Notes: generated by a model from the letters alone, not told the origin. Positions 38,107 to 49,912 are shown, counted from the first letter of the stretch. The stretch: 64,000 nucleotides of DNA from Alphaproteobacteria bacterium (GCA_965261735.1 OZ253470.1:64001-128000), one strand, 5' to 3'. Program-made: numbers and translations.

Positions 38107-38728
38107 CTTCGACCAGGGGAACGAAGCGAACGGGCAGCAGTTCCTCGCACTCATAGCCGTCATCGCGGCGCGTGACGCGCACGAGCTGCTGGCTCCAGCC
38201 GCTCTCTCCGACCGGCAGCACCATGATGCCGTCGGGAGTGAGCTGGTCGACGAGCGCGGGCGGGATTTCGGCCGCCGCCGCGGTGGCGATGATGCGGTCG
38301 AAGGGCGCCTGCTCTGGCCAGCCCTTGGCGCCGTCGCCGTGGCGCGTCGTGATATTGCTGATGCCGAGCTCGGCGAAGCGGCCCTCGGCGTCCTTGAGGA
38401 GCGAGCGGTAGCGCTCGATCGTGTAGAGCCGACGGCACAACCTGGCCAGCACGGCCGCCTGATAGCCCGAGCCGGTGCCGACCTCGAGCACGCGCGCCCG
38501 CTCGCCCACCCTCAGGGCCTCGGACATGAACGCTACGACGAAGGGCTGGCTCACGGTCTGGCCGTGGCTGATCGGCAACGCCGTGTTGTCGTAGGCGCGC
38601 TCGGCGAAGCTCGGCGGGACGAACAGCTCGCGCGGCACGCGCTCGAGGGCCGAAAGCACGCGGGTATCGCTGATGCCCTCCTGACGGAGCTCCATGATCA
38701 GCCGTATGATCCGGGCGTCGTCGGTCAC
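38090..38728 (-). CDS. pcm: Protein-L-isoaspartate O-methyltransferase
   Basis: VPRELF, GQTVSQP, VLEVGTGSGYQAA, VRFVPL. Confidence 0.95.
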   Translation of the reverse strand: MTDDARIIRLIMELRQEGISDTRVLSALERVPRELFVPPSFAERAYDNTALPISHGQTVSQPFVVAFMSEALRVGERARVLEVGTGSGYQAAVLARLCRRLYTIERYRSLLKDAEGRFAELGISNITTRHGDGAKGWPEQAPFDRIIATAAAAEIPPALVDQLTPDGIMVLPVGESGWSQQLVRVTRRDDGYECEELLPVRFVPLVEGVVRD

Positions 38729-39510
38729 GCAAGCGCATCCTTCAGCTTCCGGCGCGTGGCACGATGGGTGAGGTCGAGCTGCAGCGGCGTGACCGAGATG
38801 CGGCCGGCGGCGTTGGCCGCAAGATCGGTGCCGCGATCGCCGTCGCCGAAGTGGCGGCGAAAGCCGACCCAGTAATACGGGACCCGGCGGGTGTCGAGAC
38901 GCTCGTCCACGACCAGGTCCGAGACGTCGCGCCGCCCCTGCCGGGTGATCTCGACACCGGTGACGCTGGCCGCGATCAGGTTGGGGAAGTTGACGTTGAG
39001 GAGCACGTGGTGCGTCCAGCCGGCCTCCAGGAGCTTGCGGATCAGAGCGGGCCCATGATGCGCGGCTGTCGCCCATTTGACCGGATGGGGATAGCGAAAG
39101 ACCTGGCTCAGGGCGATGGAGGGAACACCCAGCAGCGTGCCCTCCATCGCGGCGGCGATGGTGCCGGAGTAGGTGATATCGTCGGCCAGGTTGGCGCCCC
39201 GGTTCACCCCCGAGAGCAGGAGCGAGGGGCGCTTGTCTTTGAGGATACTGGAGACGGCCATCACGACGGCATCGGTCGGCGTGCCGTGCACGGCGAAACG
39301 GCGCTTGGAGAGCTGGCGCAAGCGCAGCGGTTCGCGTAGCGTCAGCGAGTGCGACACGGCGCTCTGTTCGGTCTCGGGCGCCACCACCCAAACGTCGTCG
39401 CTCAGCGTGCGCGCGATCCTTTCCAGCGCGCGCAGCCCAGGCGAGCGGATGCCGTCATCGTTCGATAGCAAAATCCGTAGGTCGGAAAAGTCGGTTCCGC
39501 GCCTAGCCAT
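38725..39510 (-). CDS. surE: 5'/3'-nucleotidase SurE
   Basis: [27 protein letters not shown]. Confidence 0.96.
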   Translation of the reverse strand: MARRGTDFSDLRILLSNDDGIRSPGLRALERIARTLSDDVWVVAPETEQSAVSHSLTLREPLRLRQLSKRRFAVHGTPTDAVVMAVSSILKDKRPSLLLSGVNRGANLADDITYSGTIAAAMEGTLLGVPSIALSQVFRYPHPVKWATAAHHGPALIRKLLEAGWTHHVLLNVNFPNLIAASVTGVEITRQGRRDVSDLVVDERLDTRRVPYYWVGFRRHFGDGDRGTDLAANAAGRISVTPLQLDLTHRATRRKLKDALA

Positions 39511-40780
39511 CGGGAGCGATTAATTCGAGGCCATCCATGTAGGGACGCAGTGCCGCGGGAACGCAAACCGTGCCATCGGCATTCTGGTAGTTCTCCAGCA
39601 CCGCGATGAGCGTGCGCCCTACCGCAAGAGCCGAGCCATTGAGGGTGTGGACGAAGATCGTGCGCTTTTCGCCGGCGGTGCGATAGCGGGCGTTCATGCG
39701 CCGGGCCTGGAAGTCGCCGCAGTTCGAGCAGCTCGAAATCTCGCGGTACGTCCCCTGCCCCGGCAGCCAGACCTCGATGTCGTAGGTCTTGCGCGCGGCA
39801 AAGCCCATGTCGCCGGTACTGAGCACGACGGCGCGGTAGGGCAGCTCGAGGCGCTTGAGCACCTCCTCCGCCGCCTCCGTCATGCGCTCGTGCTCGGCCT
39901 CCGAGTCCGCAGGCCGCGTGATGCTGACGAGCTCGACCTTGTTGAACTGGTGCTGCCGGATCATACCGCGCGTGTCCTTGCCGGCCGCGCCCGCCTCGGC
40001 GCGAAAACACGGGGTCAACGCGGTGAAGCGCAGCGGCAGCGTGGCGCCATCGAGGATTTGCTCGCGCACGAGGTTGGTGAGCGGGACCTCGGCGGTGGGG
40101 ATCAGCCAGTGCCGATCGAGGGTCACAAAAAGGTCGGCCTCGAACTTCGGCAGCTGGCCGGTGCCGAACAGTGCGTCGTCGCGCACCAGAATCGGCGGCG
40201 ACACTTCGCGGTACCCGAACTCGGTCGTTTGCAAGTCGAGCATGAAGGCGCCGAGGGCGCGCTCGATGCGCGCCAGAGCCCCCTTGAGCACGACGAAGCG
40301 CGCGCCCGCCACGCGCGCCGCGGCCTCGAAGTCCATCATGCCGAGCGCTTCGCCGATCTCGAAGTGCTCCTTGGGCGCGAATTCAAAGGCTGGCGGCTCG
40401 CCGACCCGGCGCAGCTCCTCGTTAGCGCTCTCATCGGCGCCGACCGGCACGTCGTCCGCCGGCAGGTTAGGAAGGCCCGAGAGCAGCGTATCGAGCTCGG
40501 CCGACAGGGTGCGGGCGCGCTCCTCGCCCTCCTGAATCCGGCCTTTCAGCTCGGCGACGTCGGCCACTGCGGGCCCCGTATCGGCGCCCCGGCTCTTGGC
40601 CGCGCCGATGTCCTTCGACGCCTGGTTGCGGCGCGCCTGCATGTCCTGCAATTCAGTCTGGCAGGCCCGCAAGCGCGTGTCGATATCGAGGATTGCGGCG
40701 GCGTACGGCTCGAGGCCGCGCTTGGCGAGTCCTGCGTCAAACGCCTCCGGGTGGTCGCGGACCGTCTTGACGTCGAGCAT
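39503..40780 (-). CDS. serS: Serine--tRNA ligase
   Basis: [35 protein letters not shown]. Confidence 0.98.
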   Translation of the reverse strand: MLDVKTVRDHPEAFDAGLAKRGLEPYAAAILDIDTRLRACQTELQDMQARRNQASKDIGAAKSRGADTGPAVADVAELKGRIQEGEERARTLSAELDTLLSGLPNLPADDVPVGADESANEELRRVGEPPAFEFAPKEHFEIGEALGMMDFEAAARVAGARFVVLKGALARIERALGAFMLDLQTTEFGYREVSPPILVRDDALFGTGQLPKFEADLFVTLDRHWLIPTAEVPLTNLVREQILDGATLPLRFTALTPCFRAEAGAAGKDTRGMIRQHQFNKVELVSITRPADSEAEHERMTEAAEEVLKRLELPYRAVVLSTGDMGFAARKTYDIEVWLPGQGTYREISSCSNCGDFQARRMNARYRTAGEKRTIFVHTLNGSALAVGRTLIAVLENYQNADGTVCVPAALRPYMDGLELIAPDG

Positions 40781-40869
40781 CTATCAGAGAAGGTGTTGTG
40801 GCGATCCGGACCCCGGCGCCCGGGCGAGCCCTATATACGCGGCTATCCCGGCAGCGTCCACCGCGCCGC

Positions 40870-41661
40870 CTATGTCGAGGCCGCCCGTGCCTGCCTCTTC
40901 TCGACCACGCGCACGCACAGGATGGAGATTTCATAGAGCAGCAGGATCGGCACGCCGAGGCCGATCTGGCTGATCACGTCGGGCGGCGTCAGGATTGCCG
41001 CCGCGATAAAGGTGAGCACGATCGCATACTTGCGCTTGCTCGCCAGCGTTCGCGAGGTGACGAGGCCGGCGCGCCCCATCAGGGTGAGCACGACGGGGAG
41101 CTGGAAGCTCAGGCCGAAGGCGAAAATGAGCTTCATGACGAGCGACAGGTACTCGTTGACCTTGGGCTCGAGCTGAATTGCCAGAGCACCCTCCCCGCCC
41201 AGGGTCTCGAAACTGAGAAAGAAAGACCAGGCGAGCGGAAAAATGACGTAGTAGACGAGCGCCGCGCCGGTCACGAACAGCACCGGCGTGGCGACGAGAT
41301 AGGGCAGGAACGCCCTCCTCTCGTTCTTGTACAGCCCGGGCGCCACGAACATCCAGATCTGGCCGGCGACGACCGGAAAGGACAGGAAGGCGGCAGCGAA
41401 GAACGCGACCTTGAGATAGGTGAAGAAGGCCTCGTGCAGGCCCGTGTAGATCATGCGTCGCCCGGTCTCGCCCTCATAGAGATCGGCCAGCGGCTGCACC
41501 AGGAATGCGTAAATCTCTTCCGCGACCAGATAGGCCAGGATGAAGCCGACGAAGAGTGCTGCGGCGGAGTAGATGAGCCGCCCGCGCAGCTCGATGAGGT
41601 GGTCGAGCAGCGGCATCCTCGCGTCGTCGGCGGCGGTTTCTTCCGGCTTGCCTTCCGCCAC
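40870..41661 (-). CDS. tatC: Twin-arginine translocase subunit TatC
   Basis: [31 protein letters not shown]. Confidence 0.97.
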   Translation of the reverse strand: MAEGKPEETAADDARMPLLDHLIELRGRLIYSAAALFVGFILAYLVAEEIYAFLVQPLADLYEGETGRRMIYTGLHEAFFTYLKVAFFAAAFLSFPVVAGQIWMFVAPGLYKNERRAFLPYLVATPVLFVTGAALVYYVIFPLAWSFFLSFETLGGEGALAIQLEPKVNEYLSLVMKLIFAFGLSFQLPVVLTLMGRAGLVTSRTLASKRKYAIVLTFIAAAILTPPDVISQIGLGVPILLLYEISILCVRVVEKRQARAAST

Positions 41662-41664
41662 GGC

Positions 41665-42027
41665 TCAGGTCCCGACCTTGCGCGCGCTCTCGGCCGGGTC
41701 CTCCCGCGGCTCACCGCCACCCGCGCCCGCGTCTAGCTCATCGGTTGCGTCGAAAGCGCCGCTCGTCGTACCGGAAGGATCCATCACGTTTTCGATGGTG
41801 CCCGGGACGTCGATCCGTGCGGCGGCTTCCGCGGTCTTCTTGAGGTCCTCGAGATCCGCTTCGCGCGCGAGGTCGTCGAGGCTTCTATGAAATTCCTGCG
41901 CCATCCCGCGCATCTTGGCGACCCAGCGCCCGAAGGTGCGTAGGACCTGCGGGAGATCCTTCGGGCCGACAACGATGATCACGACCACCGCGATCATCAT
42001 CATCTCGGTCCAGCCGATGTCGAGCAT
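41665..42027 (-). CDS. tatB: Twin-arginine translocase subunit TatB
   Basis: MLDIGWTEM..IAVV.IIVVGPKDLP. Confidence 0.95.
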   Translation of the reverse strand: MLDIGWTEMMMIAVVVIIVVGPKDLPQVLRTFGRWVAKMRGMAQEFHRSLDDLAREADLEDLKKTAEAAARIDVPGTIENVMDPSGTTSGAFDATDELDAGAGGGEPREDPAESARKVGT

Positions 42028-42035
42028 GATTATTC

Positions 42036-43140
42036 CTTGCCTATCCGGTTAACGCCCATGACCGCTACATGTAGGGTGCCGCCACTCTCCCGAGTAAAGC
42101 TCGGCATAAGTTGGAGCAGAGGTGTCGCCCGCGATGCCGAGCAATGAGCGGAAGGCGTTGAACGGGTAGAACCGCCTGTTGAAGCGGAAGGTGAACTCGT
42201 TGAGGTAGGCTTGTAGGTGCTGGTGGCTAACGCCGTGGTGGATACCGATCAGCCACGTCTTCAGGTTGGCGAAAACCAGATGGATGATCGGCAGGTATTG
42301 CTCGGCAACCTCTGGATCACCACACTCGGCAACAGCGAAGTGCTCATAGCCGCGCTTACCGAGGCCAGCGTAGCCGCTCCAATCGTCAGTAACGATCAGC
42401 GATCCCGGCGCGACGGTGCTCTCGACGAACCCACAGAGCGACTCGGCGCTACGGTCGAGCACGACGGCGAGCCGAACGCGTCCGGCATAGCGTCCGTCTT
42501 TCCGGTTGTCGAGCTTGGTGCCCGGCTTTCGATGACGCACCTCGATGGCACAGGAGACGGGAACCTTGTGGTGAACGCCACGGCCTTCCTTACGCGTTCG
42601 CCCGCCAACCCAGGTTTCGTCCACCTCAACATGGTTCTTGGGCTGTCCACCGATCCTGTCTTGGTTGGGCCGCACCATGCCCGAGCGGAGCTTGTGGAGA
42701 ATTTGAAAGGCCGTCTCGTAGCGCGAAAGACCAAGTTGCCGCTGAAACTGCACGGCGGACATGCCGGGCGTCTGACTGGCGACCAGATAAGCGGCCCAGA
42801 ACCAGACGTTCAGCGGAGTGTGGCTACGCTCCATCACTGTTCCCACCGTCAGCCCGGTGTTCTGGCGGCACTTGCGGCAGCGCAGGACGCCAGGGCGGTT
42901 TTCAAAGTGGAACGGCTCTCCCGCCGTGCCGCAGTGCGGGCAGGCAAAGCCGTCTCCCCAGCGGGCTTTCTCCAGGTAGGCGGCGCAGGCCGCATCATCG
43001 GGGAAAAGTCGCTGGAACTCGGGTAGCGAATGCGGGAATGGGAGATCGGCGCGGTCGAGAACATCCATGGCGCGCTCCCCTATATCCGGTTTGCGCCTAT
43101 TCTAGCCCTAGTGGGTGTGGGTGTAAACCGGATAGGCAAG
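42036..43140 (-). mobile_element. IS1595-family insertion sequence, copy 1 (intact)
   Basis: TIRs cttgcctatccggtt / aaccggataggcaag; 8-bp flanks gattattc / gaatattc (one mismatch). Confidence 0.93.
42049..43068 (-). CDS. IS1595-family transposase
   Basis: Zn ribbon CPHC...CRKC, VEVDET, VTDDW, YLNEFTFRFNRR. Confidence 0.94.
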   Translation of the reverse strand: MDVLDRADLPFPHSLPEFQRLFPDDAACAAYLEKARWGDGFACPHCGTAGEPFHFENRPGVLRCRKCRQNTGLTVGTVMERSHTPLNVWFWAAYLVASQTPGMSAVQFQRQLGLSRYETAFQILHKLRSGMVRPNQDRIGGQPKNHVEVDETWVGGRTRKEGRGVHHKVPVSCAIEVRHRKPGTKLDNRKDGRYAGRVRLAVVLDRSAESLCGFVESTVAPGSLIVTDDWSGYAGLGKRGYEHFAVAECGDPEVAEQYLPIIHLVFANLKTWLIGIHHGVSHQHLQAYLNEFTFRFNRRFYPFNAFRSLLGIAGDTSAPTYAELYSGEWRHPTCSGHGR

Positions 43141-43202
43141 GAATATTCTTAGCGTGCGGTCCCGAAAGGGGCGGCCACACCCGGCCCTACCGCCGACTAC
43201 CC

Positions 43203-43454
43203 TTAAGACGCGGTGTTCTTGCCGGTGCTCTCGTCGGGCGCCGCAGCCCCCGTCGCGGCCTTTTCGTCATCCACGGACTGGCTCGCTGCGCCCTCGACCT
43301 GCTTGTCGTCCTCGGACATGCCCTTCTTGAAGCCCTTGATGCCCTGGGCAAGCTCGCTCATCATTCCCGAGATCTTGCCCCTCTTGCCAAGGCCGCCAAA
43401 CAGAACCAGGATGAGAACGACGACGATGATGATTTGCCAAAAACTCGGCGCCAT
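43203..43454 (-). CDS. tatA: Twin-arginine translocase subunit TatA
   Basis: SFWQIIIVVVLILVLFG...GKIS.MM.ELAQGIKGFKKGM. Confidence 0.93.
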   Translation of the reverse strand: MAPSFWQIIIVVVLILVLFGGLGKRGKISGMMSELAQGIKGFKKGMSEDDKQVEGAASQSVDDEKAATGAAAPDESTGKNTAS

Positions 43455-43545
43455 CGGCTGAATCCCCTGCAAACTCTAACCCCACTTGCGGGCGCCCGAT
43501 GATGGCAGAAATCAGGGGTAGGCGCAACGCGCCGCGGCGCACGAG

Positions 43546-44679
43546 CTAGCGCGAGCCTAGCGCGCGGGCCGGAAAGACAAAGGCGAGCGAGCAGTCGAGG
43601 TGCGCGCGCAGGATGGCGCCCGGGGCGGGTAGGACCTTTCCCGGAACCCGGGCGACGAGGATGGCATCCTCGCGCGGCGCGACAAACAGCTGCACGATAC
43701 TGTAGGGCCCCATATGGCGCGCGGCGACGACGGTCGCATCGACATCGCGCGAAGCATTGGGGCACGCCGCGTGGGCACCGGTGCTGAGATTGAGGTGCAG
43801 CGCCTCGGAGCGGATCAGGACATCGACCGCGCTGCCATCGGCAACGCCGCTCGCAGGCAGCCGGGCGAACGGGGTCTCGACGTGCCCGTCTTGGACCACC
43901 CCCGGCAGCGCCGTCAGCTCACCGAAGAACGTCGCGACGTAGGCCGTCGCCGGATGGTTGTAGATGTCGCTAGCGGTGGCGGTCTGCAGGATACGACCCT
44001 CATGCATGACGGCTATGCGGTCCCCCATCCGCATGGCCTCGTGGGGATCGTGCGTGACCAGGACGGTGGGGGTGCCAGCGCGGCGGAGCACGCCAAGCGT
44101 GTCCTCCCAGACCTCTTTCCGCAGCCGAAAATCGAGGTTGGAGAATGGCTCGTCCATGAGCATGACGCCGGGCTTGGGGGCTAGCGCGCGGGCCAGGGCG
44201 ACTCGCTGCTGCTGTCCTCCGGAGAGCGTGTGCGGGTAGGCCTCGGCGAAATCGGCCATCCTCACCTGCGCCAATGTCGCGCGCGCGGTGGCGCGGCGCT
44301 CCTCAGCGCCAGCCCCACTCACCCCGAAGCAAACATTGTCGATAACGGAGAGATGCGGGAACAGCGCATACTCCTGGAACATGAAGCCCACGCCCCTTCG
44401 CTCCGGCGGCACCGCCTGCCCAGGCGTCGCGACCACGCGCTCGTCGATCAGGACCCGACCATCCTGCAGTGGCTCCAGGCCGGCCGCGACGCGTAGCGTG
44501 GTGCTCTTGCCGCTGCCGGAAGGGCCGACTAGACACAGGATCTCGCCCCGTTCGACGGCGAAGCTTACGGCATCGACGACGCGGACCCCGGCGTACGCGT
44601 GGCTGATCGACTCCAGCCTGATGCCGGGCGACGAAGAAGACCCGGGCGAGCGCTCCGGAGGATCGGGAAGCGGGGCCAT
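43546..44679 (-). CDS. Fe3+ ABC transporter ATP-binding protein (FbpC-like)
   Basis: [32 protein letters not shown]. Confidence 0.9.
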   Translation of the reverse strand: MAPLPDPPERSPGSSSSPGIRLESISHAYAGVRVVDAVSFAVERGEILCLVGPSGSGKSTTLRVAAGLEPLQDGRVLIDERVVATPGQAVPPERRGVGFMFQEYALFPHLSVIDNVCFGVSGAGAEERRATARATLAQVRMADFAEAYPHTLSGGQQQRVALARALAPKPGVMLMDEPFSNLDFRLRKEVWEDTLGVLRRAGTPTVLVTHDPHEAMRMGDRIAVMHEGRILQTATASDIYNHPATAYVATFFGELTALPGVVQDGHVETPFARLPASGVADGSAVDVLIRSEALHLNLSTGAHAACPNASRDVDATVVAARHMGPYSIVQLFVAPREDAILVARVPGKVLPAPGAILRAHLDCSLAFVFPARALGSR

Positions 44680-44686
44680 GACGGTA

Positions 44687-46390
44687 TTAGCGAGCTCGCA
44701 GTGGAGCGACCGCGCCCGGCCGCGAGCGGCTGATAGCTCGGCTGAGGAGGATCACCGGCACAATACCCGCGGCCACGATCGTCAGGGCAGCCAGCGCAGA
44801 GCGCTCGAGCTGCTCGTCGCCGGCGAACTGGTACACGTGGGTCGCGAGGGTATCAAAATCGAAGGGCCGGAGAATAAGCGTCATCGGCAACTCTTTCATG
44901 ACGTCGACGAAGACGAGCAGCGCCGCCGCCAAAGCGCTGCCGCGGACCAGCGGCAGATGGACGCGACGCAGCATCTTGCCCCGGGTGGCACCGAGGGTGC
45001 GCGCCGCGTGATCCATCGACAGCGAGACCTTGGCGAAGCTAGCCTCAATGCTGCCGAACGAGACGGCGAGGAAGCGGACGACGTAGGCATAGGTCGCGGC
45101 GATCACCGTACCGCTTAGCAGGAGCCCCGTCGATATCCCGAAAGAGGTGCGCATGAGGCCGTCCACGGTGTTGTCGAGCCAGCCGAAAGGAATGAGGATG
45201 CCTATGGCCAGGACCGCGCCCGGAACCGCATAGCCGACGCTCGCGAAGCGGGTTAGCGCGCGCGTCACGGGGCCGCCGCCGAGCCTGATGGCGTAGGCGA
45301 GAAACACCGATGCGATCACCGCGAGCACCGACGCCGCCGCGGCCAGCGCCAAGCTGTTGAAAACATAGCCGGCATAGGCGGCGTCGAAGGACTCGCTCGC
45401 ATAGCCGACGGCGTAGCCGGCGAGAACCGCACCGGGCGCGATGAAACCGAGCAGCACGGGCAACAGGCAGGCGGCGAGCGCGACTGCGGCGCGCGGGCGC
45501 GTTAGTTCGTACTCGGGCAGCTCGCGGTAGACGGCAAAGGTGTGGCGATACCGCTGGCGTCCGCGCGAGGCCCGCTCCAACACGATGAGGACGAGGACGA
45601 CGAGCAGCAACAGCGAGGCGATCTGTGCCGCCCCCGAGACATTGTTCATGCCGAACCAGACGTTGAAGATGCCCCGCGTGAACGTCGAGACGGCGAAGTA
45701 GTCGACGGTTCCGAAGTCGTTGAGGGTTTCCATCAGCGCCAGGGCGAGGCCGACCGCGATGGAGGGCCGCGCCAGTGGCAGCGCCACGGACCAGAAGGTG
45801 CGCCAAGGCCCGCGGCCCAGCGTACGGCTCACCTCGAGGACGGCGATTGACTGCTCGACGAACGCGCTTCGGGCGAGCACGTAGACATAGGGGTAGAACA
45901 CCAGCGTGAACATGGCGATGGCGCCACCCATCGTGCGAATGTCGGGAAACCAGTAGTCGCGCGCGCTGCTCCACCCGAAGAGGTCGCGCAACAGTCCCTG
46001 GACCGGGCCGGAGAACTCGAGAAGATCGGTGTAGACGTAGGCGATGACGTACGCCGGCATGGCGATCGGTAGAATCAGTGCCCACTCGAGCGTGCGGCGA
46101 TAGGGAAAGCGGCACATGGTCACGAGCCACGCCGTGCCGATGCCGACCGCCAGCACGCCAACCGCTACACCGGCCATGAGCACGAAGGTGTTGAGCGCAT
46201 AGGTCGGGAGGACCGTCGCCGCCAGGTGCGGCCAGATGTTGTCCGCGGGGCGCAGCGCAACGACGATCACGGTGATCAACGGCACCGCGATCACCCCGGC
46301 GACCAGCAGGGTTCCGATAACCCAGCCATCGGGACGCCAGCGCGCCAATGGGGCCCCGCGCCCCGACAGCCCGCGGGCCATTACCGACAT
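44687..46390 (-). CDS. Fe3+ ABC transporter permease (FbpB-like)
   Basis: Duplicated TM halves; YPYVY.LAR; [10 protein letters not shown]; [12 protein letters not shown]. Confidence 0.92.
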   Translation of the reverse strand: MSVMARGLSGRGAPLARWRPDGWVIGTLLVAGVIAVPLITVIVVALRPADNIWPHLAATVLPTYALNTFVLMAGVAVGVLAVGIGTAWLVTMCRFPYRRTLEWALILPIAMPAYVIAYVYTDLLEFSGPVQGLLRDLFGWSSARDYWFPDIRTMGGAIAMFTLVFYPYVYVLARSAFVEQSIAVLEVSRTLGRGPWRTFWSVALPLARPSIAVGLALALMETLNDFGTVDYFAVSTFTRGIFNVWFGMNNVSGAAQIASLLLLVVLVLIVLERASRGRQRYRHTFAVYRELPEYELTRPRAAVALAACLLPVLLGFIAPGAVLAGYAVGYASESFDAAYAGYVFNSLALAAAASVLAVIASVFLAYAIRLGGGPVTRALTRFASVGYAVPGAVLAIGILIPFGWLDNTVDGLMRTSFGISTGLLLSGTVIAATYAYVVRFLAVSFGSIEASFAKVSLSMDHAARTLGATRGKMLRRVHLPLVRGSALAAALLVFVDVMKELPMTLILRPFDFDTLATHVYQFAGDEQLERSALAALTIVAAGIVPVILLSRAISRSRPGAVAPLRAR

Positions 46391-46405
46391 GGCAGACAGG
46401 CGGCG

Positions 46406-47446
46406 CTAGTTGTCGTAGCCGACTTCGTCGACGATGCGCACCGCCGCCGGCCTGAAATCGGCGATCGACCCGAGGTTTACGGTGTCGGCCTTGAAACGGC
46501 CCCACGACTCGACCTCCGGATCCCACGCCACGCCGGGCTTGACCGGATACTCAAGATTCTGGCGCGCATAGAGGCGCTGCGCCGCCTCAGAGCTGAGAAA
46601 CTCCATGAACCGCAGCGCGATCTCCGGACTCTTGGCGCTTTTCGTCATGCCGACACCACTGATGTTGACGTGGGTGCCGCGATCGTTCTGGTTGGGAAAG
46701 AGGATGGCGACGGCTTCGGCCCACGCCTTCTGTTTCGGATCGCGGCGCATCTGGCCCATGTAGTAGGTGTTGCCGAGCGCAACATCGCAGACGCCCTCCT
46801 TGATCGCCTTGACCTGCGCCCGATCGTTGCCCTGCGGCTTGCGCGCGAGATTGGCCTTCACCCCGGCGAGCCACGCCGCCGCGGACTCCTCGCCCTCGTG
46901 GGCGATGATCGATGCGAGCAGGCCGAGCTGGTAGTCGTGGTAGCCCGAACGCGTGCACACGCGGCCCTTCCACTGCGGCAGGGCCAAGTCCTCGTAGCTC
47001 GAAATCTCACCCGGCGCGACCCGGTCCTTGGCGTAATAGATCACCCGCGCGCGCGTCGTGAGGCCGTACCACAGGCCGTCGGGGCCGCGGTATTGGGGCG
47101 GGATATTGGCGGATAGCGCACCCGATGTGACCGGCCGCAGGAGGCCGGCCTCGGCAAGCGCGGACAGGCGCGCAATATCGACCGTCATGACGAGATCGGC
47201 GGGACTGTTGTCGCCTTCGGCCTTGAGCCGTTCGAGAATGCCCTTGCTGATGTAGACGATCCTGATGTCCGTTCCCGTCTCGTCCTCGAACTTGGCGATA
47301 AACGGCTCGGTGAGAAACGCCTGGCGGTAGGAATAGATGTTGAGCTCGGCGGCCAGCGCCGAACTCGCTGTACCAAGTCCAAAATCCGACGCTGACATCA
47401 CCACCATCGCGGCCAATGACAGGCGCATAGCTCCTTTCGTTAACAT
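46406..47446 (-). CDS. Fe3+ ABC transporter substrate-binding protein (FbpA/FutA-like)
   Basis: NIYSYRQ, SPADL.MTVD, GNTYYMG (Tyr-Tyr iron ligands), HVNISG. Confidence 0.92.
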   Translation of the reverse strand: MLTKGAMRLSLAAMVVMSASDFGLGTASSALAAELNIYSYRQAFLTEPFIAKFEDETGTDIRIVYISKGILERLKAEGDNSPADLVMTVDIARLSALAEAGLLRPVTSGALSANIPPQYRGPDGLWYGLTTRARVIYYAKDRVAPGEISSYEDLALPQWKGRVCTRSGYHDYQLGLLASIIAHEGEESAAAWLAGVKANLARKPQGNDRAQVKAIKEGVCDVALGNTYYMGQMRRDPKQKAWAEAVAILFPNQNDRGTHVNISGVGMTKSAKSPEIALRFMEFLSSEAAQRLYARQNLEYPVKPGVAWDPEVESWGRFKADTVNLGSIADFRPAAVRIVDEVGYDN

Positions 47447-47529
47447 GACACCTCTTCCTCCCCCGCCGGGCCGCCCTCGATCTCCACTGGGCCGACCGCA
47501 ATTCCAGCTTTCTGGGTCCGTCAAAGACC

Positions 47530-47597
47530 TGAGAATGCGCATTATTCGCAAGCGCGCACTCCCCTACCGTATCTGCAACTGATAGTCAATCGCAGAT
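47530..47597. promoter_or_regulatory. Putative Fur-family iron boxes upstream of fbpA
   Basis: 7-1-7-like sites TGCGCAT-T-ATTCGCA (47536-47550) and TGATAGT-C-AATCGCA (47580-47594), each with an overlapping site 6 bp away. Confidence 0.65.
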
Positions 47598-47721
47598 TGC
47601 CCAACCACCTTAGGGCGGCGAAGGGCGGCTACCCTTCTCTTCTTGCATGCTTGCCTATCCGGTTTACACCCACACCCACTAGGGCTAGAATAGGCGCAAA
47701 CCGGATATAGGGGAGCGCGCC

Positions 47722-48666
47722 ATGGATGTTCTCGACCGCGCCGATCTCCCATTCCCGCATTCGCTACCCGAGTTCCAGCGACTTTTCCCCGATGATGCGG
47801 CCTGCGCCGCCTACCTGGAGAAAGCCCGCTGGGGAGACGGCTTTGCCTGCCCGCACTGCGGCACGGCGGGAGAGCCGTTCCACTTTGAAAACCGCCCTGG
47901 CGTCCTGCGCTGCCGCAAGTGCCGCCAGAACACCGGGCTGACGGTGGGAACAGTGATGGAGCGTAGCCACACTCCGCTGAACGTCTGGTTCTGGGCCGCT
48001 TATCTGGTCGCCAGTCAGACGCCCGGCATGTCCGCCGTGCAGTTTCAGCGGCAACTTGGTCTTTCGCGCTACGAGACGGCCTTTCAAATTCTCCACAAGC
48101 TCCGCTCGGGCATGGTGCGGCCCAACCAAGACAGGATCGGTGGACAGCCCAAGAACCATGTTGAGGTGGACGAAACCTGGGTTGGCGGGCGAACGCGTGG
48201 GGAAGGCCGTGGTGTTCACCACAAGGTTCCCGTCTCCTGTGCCATCGAGGTGCGTCATCGAAAGCCGGGCACCAAGCTCGACAACCGGAAAGACGGACGC
48301 TATGCCGGACGCGTTCGGCTCGCCGTCGTGCTCGACCGTAGCGCCGAGTCGCTCTGTGGGTTCGTCGAGAGCACCGTCGCGCCGCGATCGCTGATCGTTA
48401 CTGACGATTGGAGCGGCTATGCTGGCCTCGGGAAGCGCGGCTATGAGCACTTCGCTGTTGCCGAGTGTGGTGATCCAGAGGTTGCCGAGCAATACCTGCC
48501 GATCATCCATCTGGTTTTCGCCAACCTGAAGACGTGGCTGATCGGTATCCACCACGGCGTTAGCCACCAGCACCTACAAGCCTACCTCAACGAGTTCACC
48601 TTCCGCTTCAACAGGCGGTTCTACCCGTTCAATGAGGTGGCCCCGGAAAATCGGACAGGTTTTTAA
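47722..48666 (+). pseudogene. IS1595 transposase truncated by the IS3 insertion
   Basis: Near-identical to copy 1 up to ...RFYPFN, then reads into the IS3 end. The missing C-terminus (AFRSLLG...GHGR) is at 49979-50086. Confidence 0.9.
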
Positions 48667-48698
48667 GGTGTATTCCGCCGACTGAGGAGGGATACGCG

Positions 48699-48980
48699 AT
48701 GAGTAAGAGACGCAGGTTTTCCGGGGAGCTGAAGGCGAAGATCGCGCTTGAGGCGCTTCGTGGCGACCGGACGCTTCAGGAGATCGCCTCGCAGCACCAG
48801 GTTCATCCGAACCAAGTGAGCACATGGAAGCGGCAGGCGATCGATGGTCTTGGCGAAGTGTTTTCGAACGGGGGCGAGCGCCGCCGTCGGGACCATGAGA
48901 GCGAGATCCGTGATCTTCACGCGAAGATCGGCGAGTTGACGGTGGAGCGGGATTTTTTGTCTCGAGGGTCCGGTCGATGA
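48699..48980 (+). CDS. IS3 transposase OrfA
   Basis: HTH (IASQHQVHPNQVSTWK), leucine-zipper end, slippery GATTTTTTG at 48951-48959. Confidence 0.92.
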   Translation: MSKRRRFSGELKAKIALEALRGDRTLQEIASQHQVHPNQVSTWKRQAIDGLGEVFSNGGERRRRDHESEIRDLHAKIGELTVERDFLSRGSGR

Positions 48981-49912
48981 GCCGGGCCGAGAGGCGAACG
49001 ATGGTGATACGCGCTCACCCGGCGCTGAGCTTGAGCCGTCAATGCCGTTTGCTGTCGATCGGACGCTCCTCGCTCTATTACACGCCCAAGGGCGAGAGCC
49101 CGGAGACCCTGGCGCTGATGCGGCGCATTGATGAGTTGTTCCTGAAGTATCCGTTCTACGGCGCCCGTCAGATGGTCCGTCATCTACGCCGCGAGGGCGT
49201 GCGCGTCGGTCGTCGCCGGGCCGGTCGTCTGATGCGCCTGATGGGGCTTCAGGCGATCTATCGGGCGCCGCGCACCAGCGATCCGCATCCCGAGCACCGG
49301 GTCTACCCCTATCTGCTCAGAGGCTTGACGATCGAGCGGGCGAACCATGTCTGGTGCGCCGACATCACCTACATCCCGGTGCGGCGCGGCTTTCTTTACC
49401 TGGTGGCGATCATGGACTGGGCCAACCGGCATGTGCTGGCTTGGCGTCTGTCGAACACCCTGGATGCGGGCTTCTGCACAGACGCGCTCGACGAGGCGCT
49501 GGCCCGCCATGGCACGCCGGAGATCTTCAATACCGACCAGGGCAGCCAGTTCACCGGCTTCGCCTTCACCGGGCGCTTGCGGGAGACCGGCATCCGGATC
49601 TCGATGGACGGCAGGGGCCGGTGCCTGGACAACATCTTCATTGAGCGGCTGTGGCGCTCGCTCAAATACGAGGCCGTCTATCTGCGCGAGCTCGCCGACG
49701 GCTTCGAGGCCCGGCGCGTCATCGGCGAGTGGATCGACTTCTACAACACCGAGAGGCCGCACTCGGCGCTCGGGGGGGAAACGCCGGCCGAGGCCTACCG
49801 CGGCGCCCCGCCTGTGGATATGATGGACAAGCCGCTACGCGCCTTGCCCACATCCCCACAGGCGCAACAACAACGGCAAGGAGATCGATGCAAAGGGATT
49901 CTGGCGGCATGA
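48977..49912 (+). CDS. IS3 transposase OrfB (DDE integrase core)
   Basis: WCADITYI, FNTDQGSQF, DNIFIERLWRSLKYE. Confidence 0.94.
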   Translation: MSRAERRTMVIRAHPALSLSRQCRLLSIGRSSLYYTPKGESPETLALMRRIDELFLKYPFYGARQMVRHLRREGVRVGRRRAGRLMRLMGLQAIYRAPRTSDPHPEHRVYPYLLRGLTIERANHVWCADITYIPVRRGFLYLVAIMDWANRHVLAWRLSNTLDAGFCTDALDEALARHGTPEIFNTDQGSQFTGFAFTGRLRETGIRISMDGRGRCLDNIFIERLWRSLKYEAVYLRELADGFEARRVIGEWIDFYNTERPHSALGGETPAEAYRGAPPVDMMDKPLRALPTSPQAQQQRQGDRCKGILAA

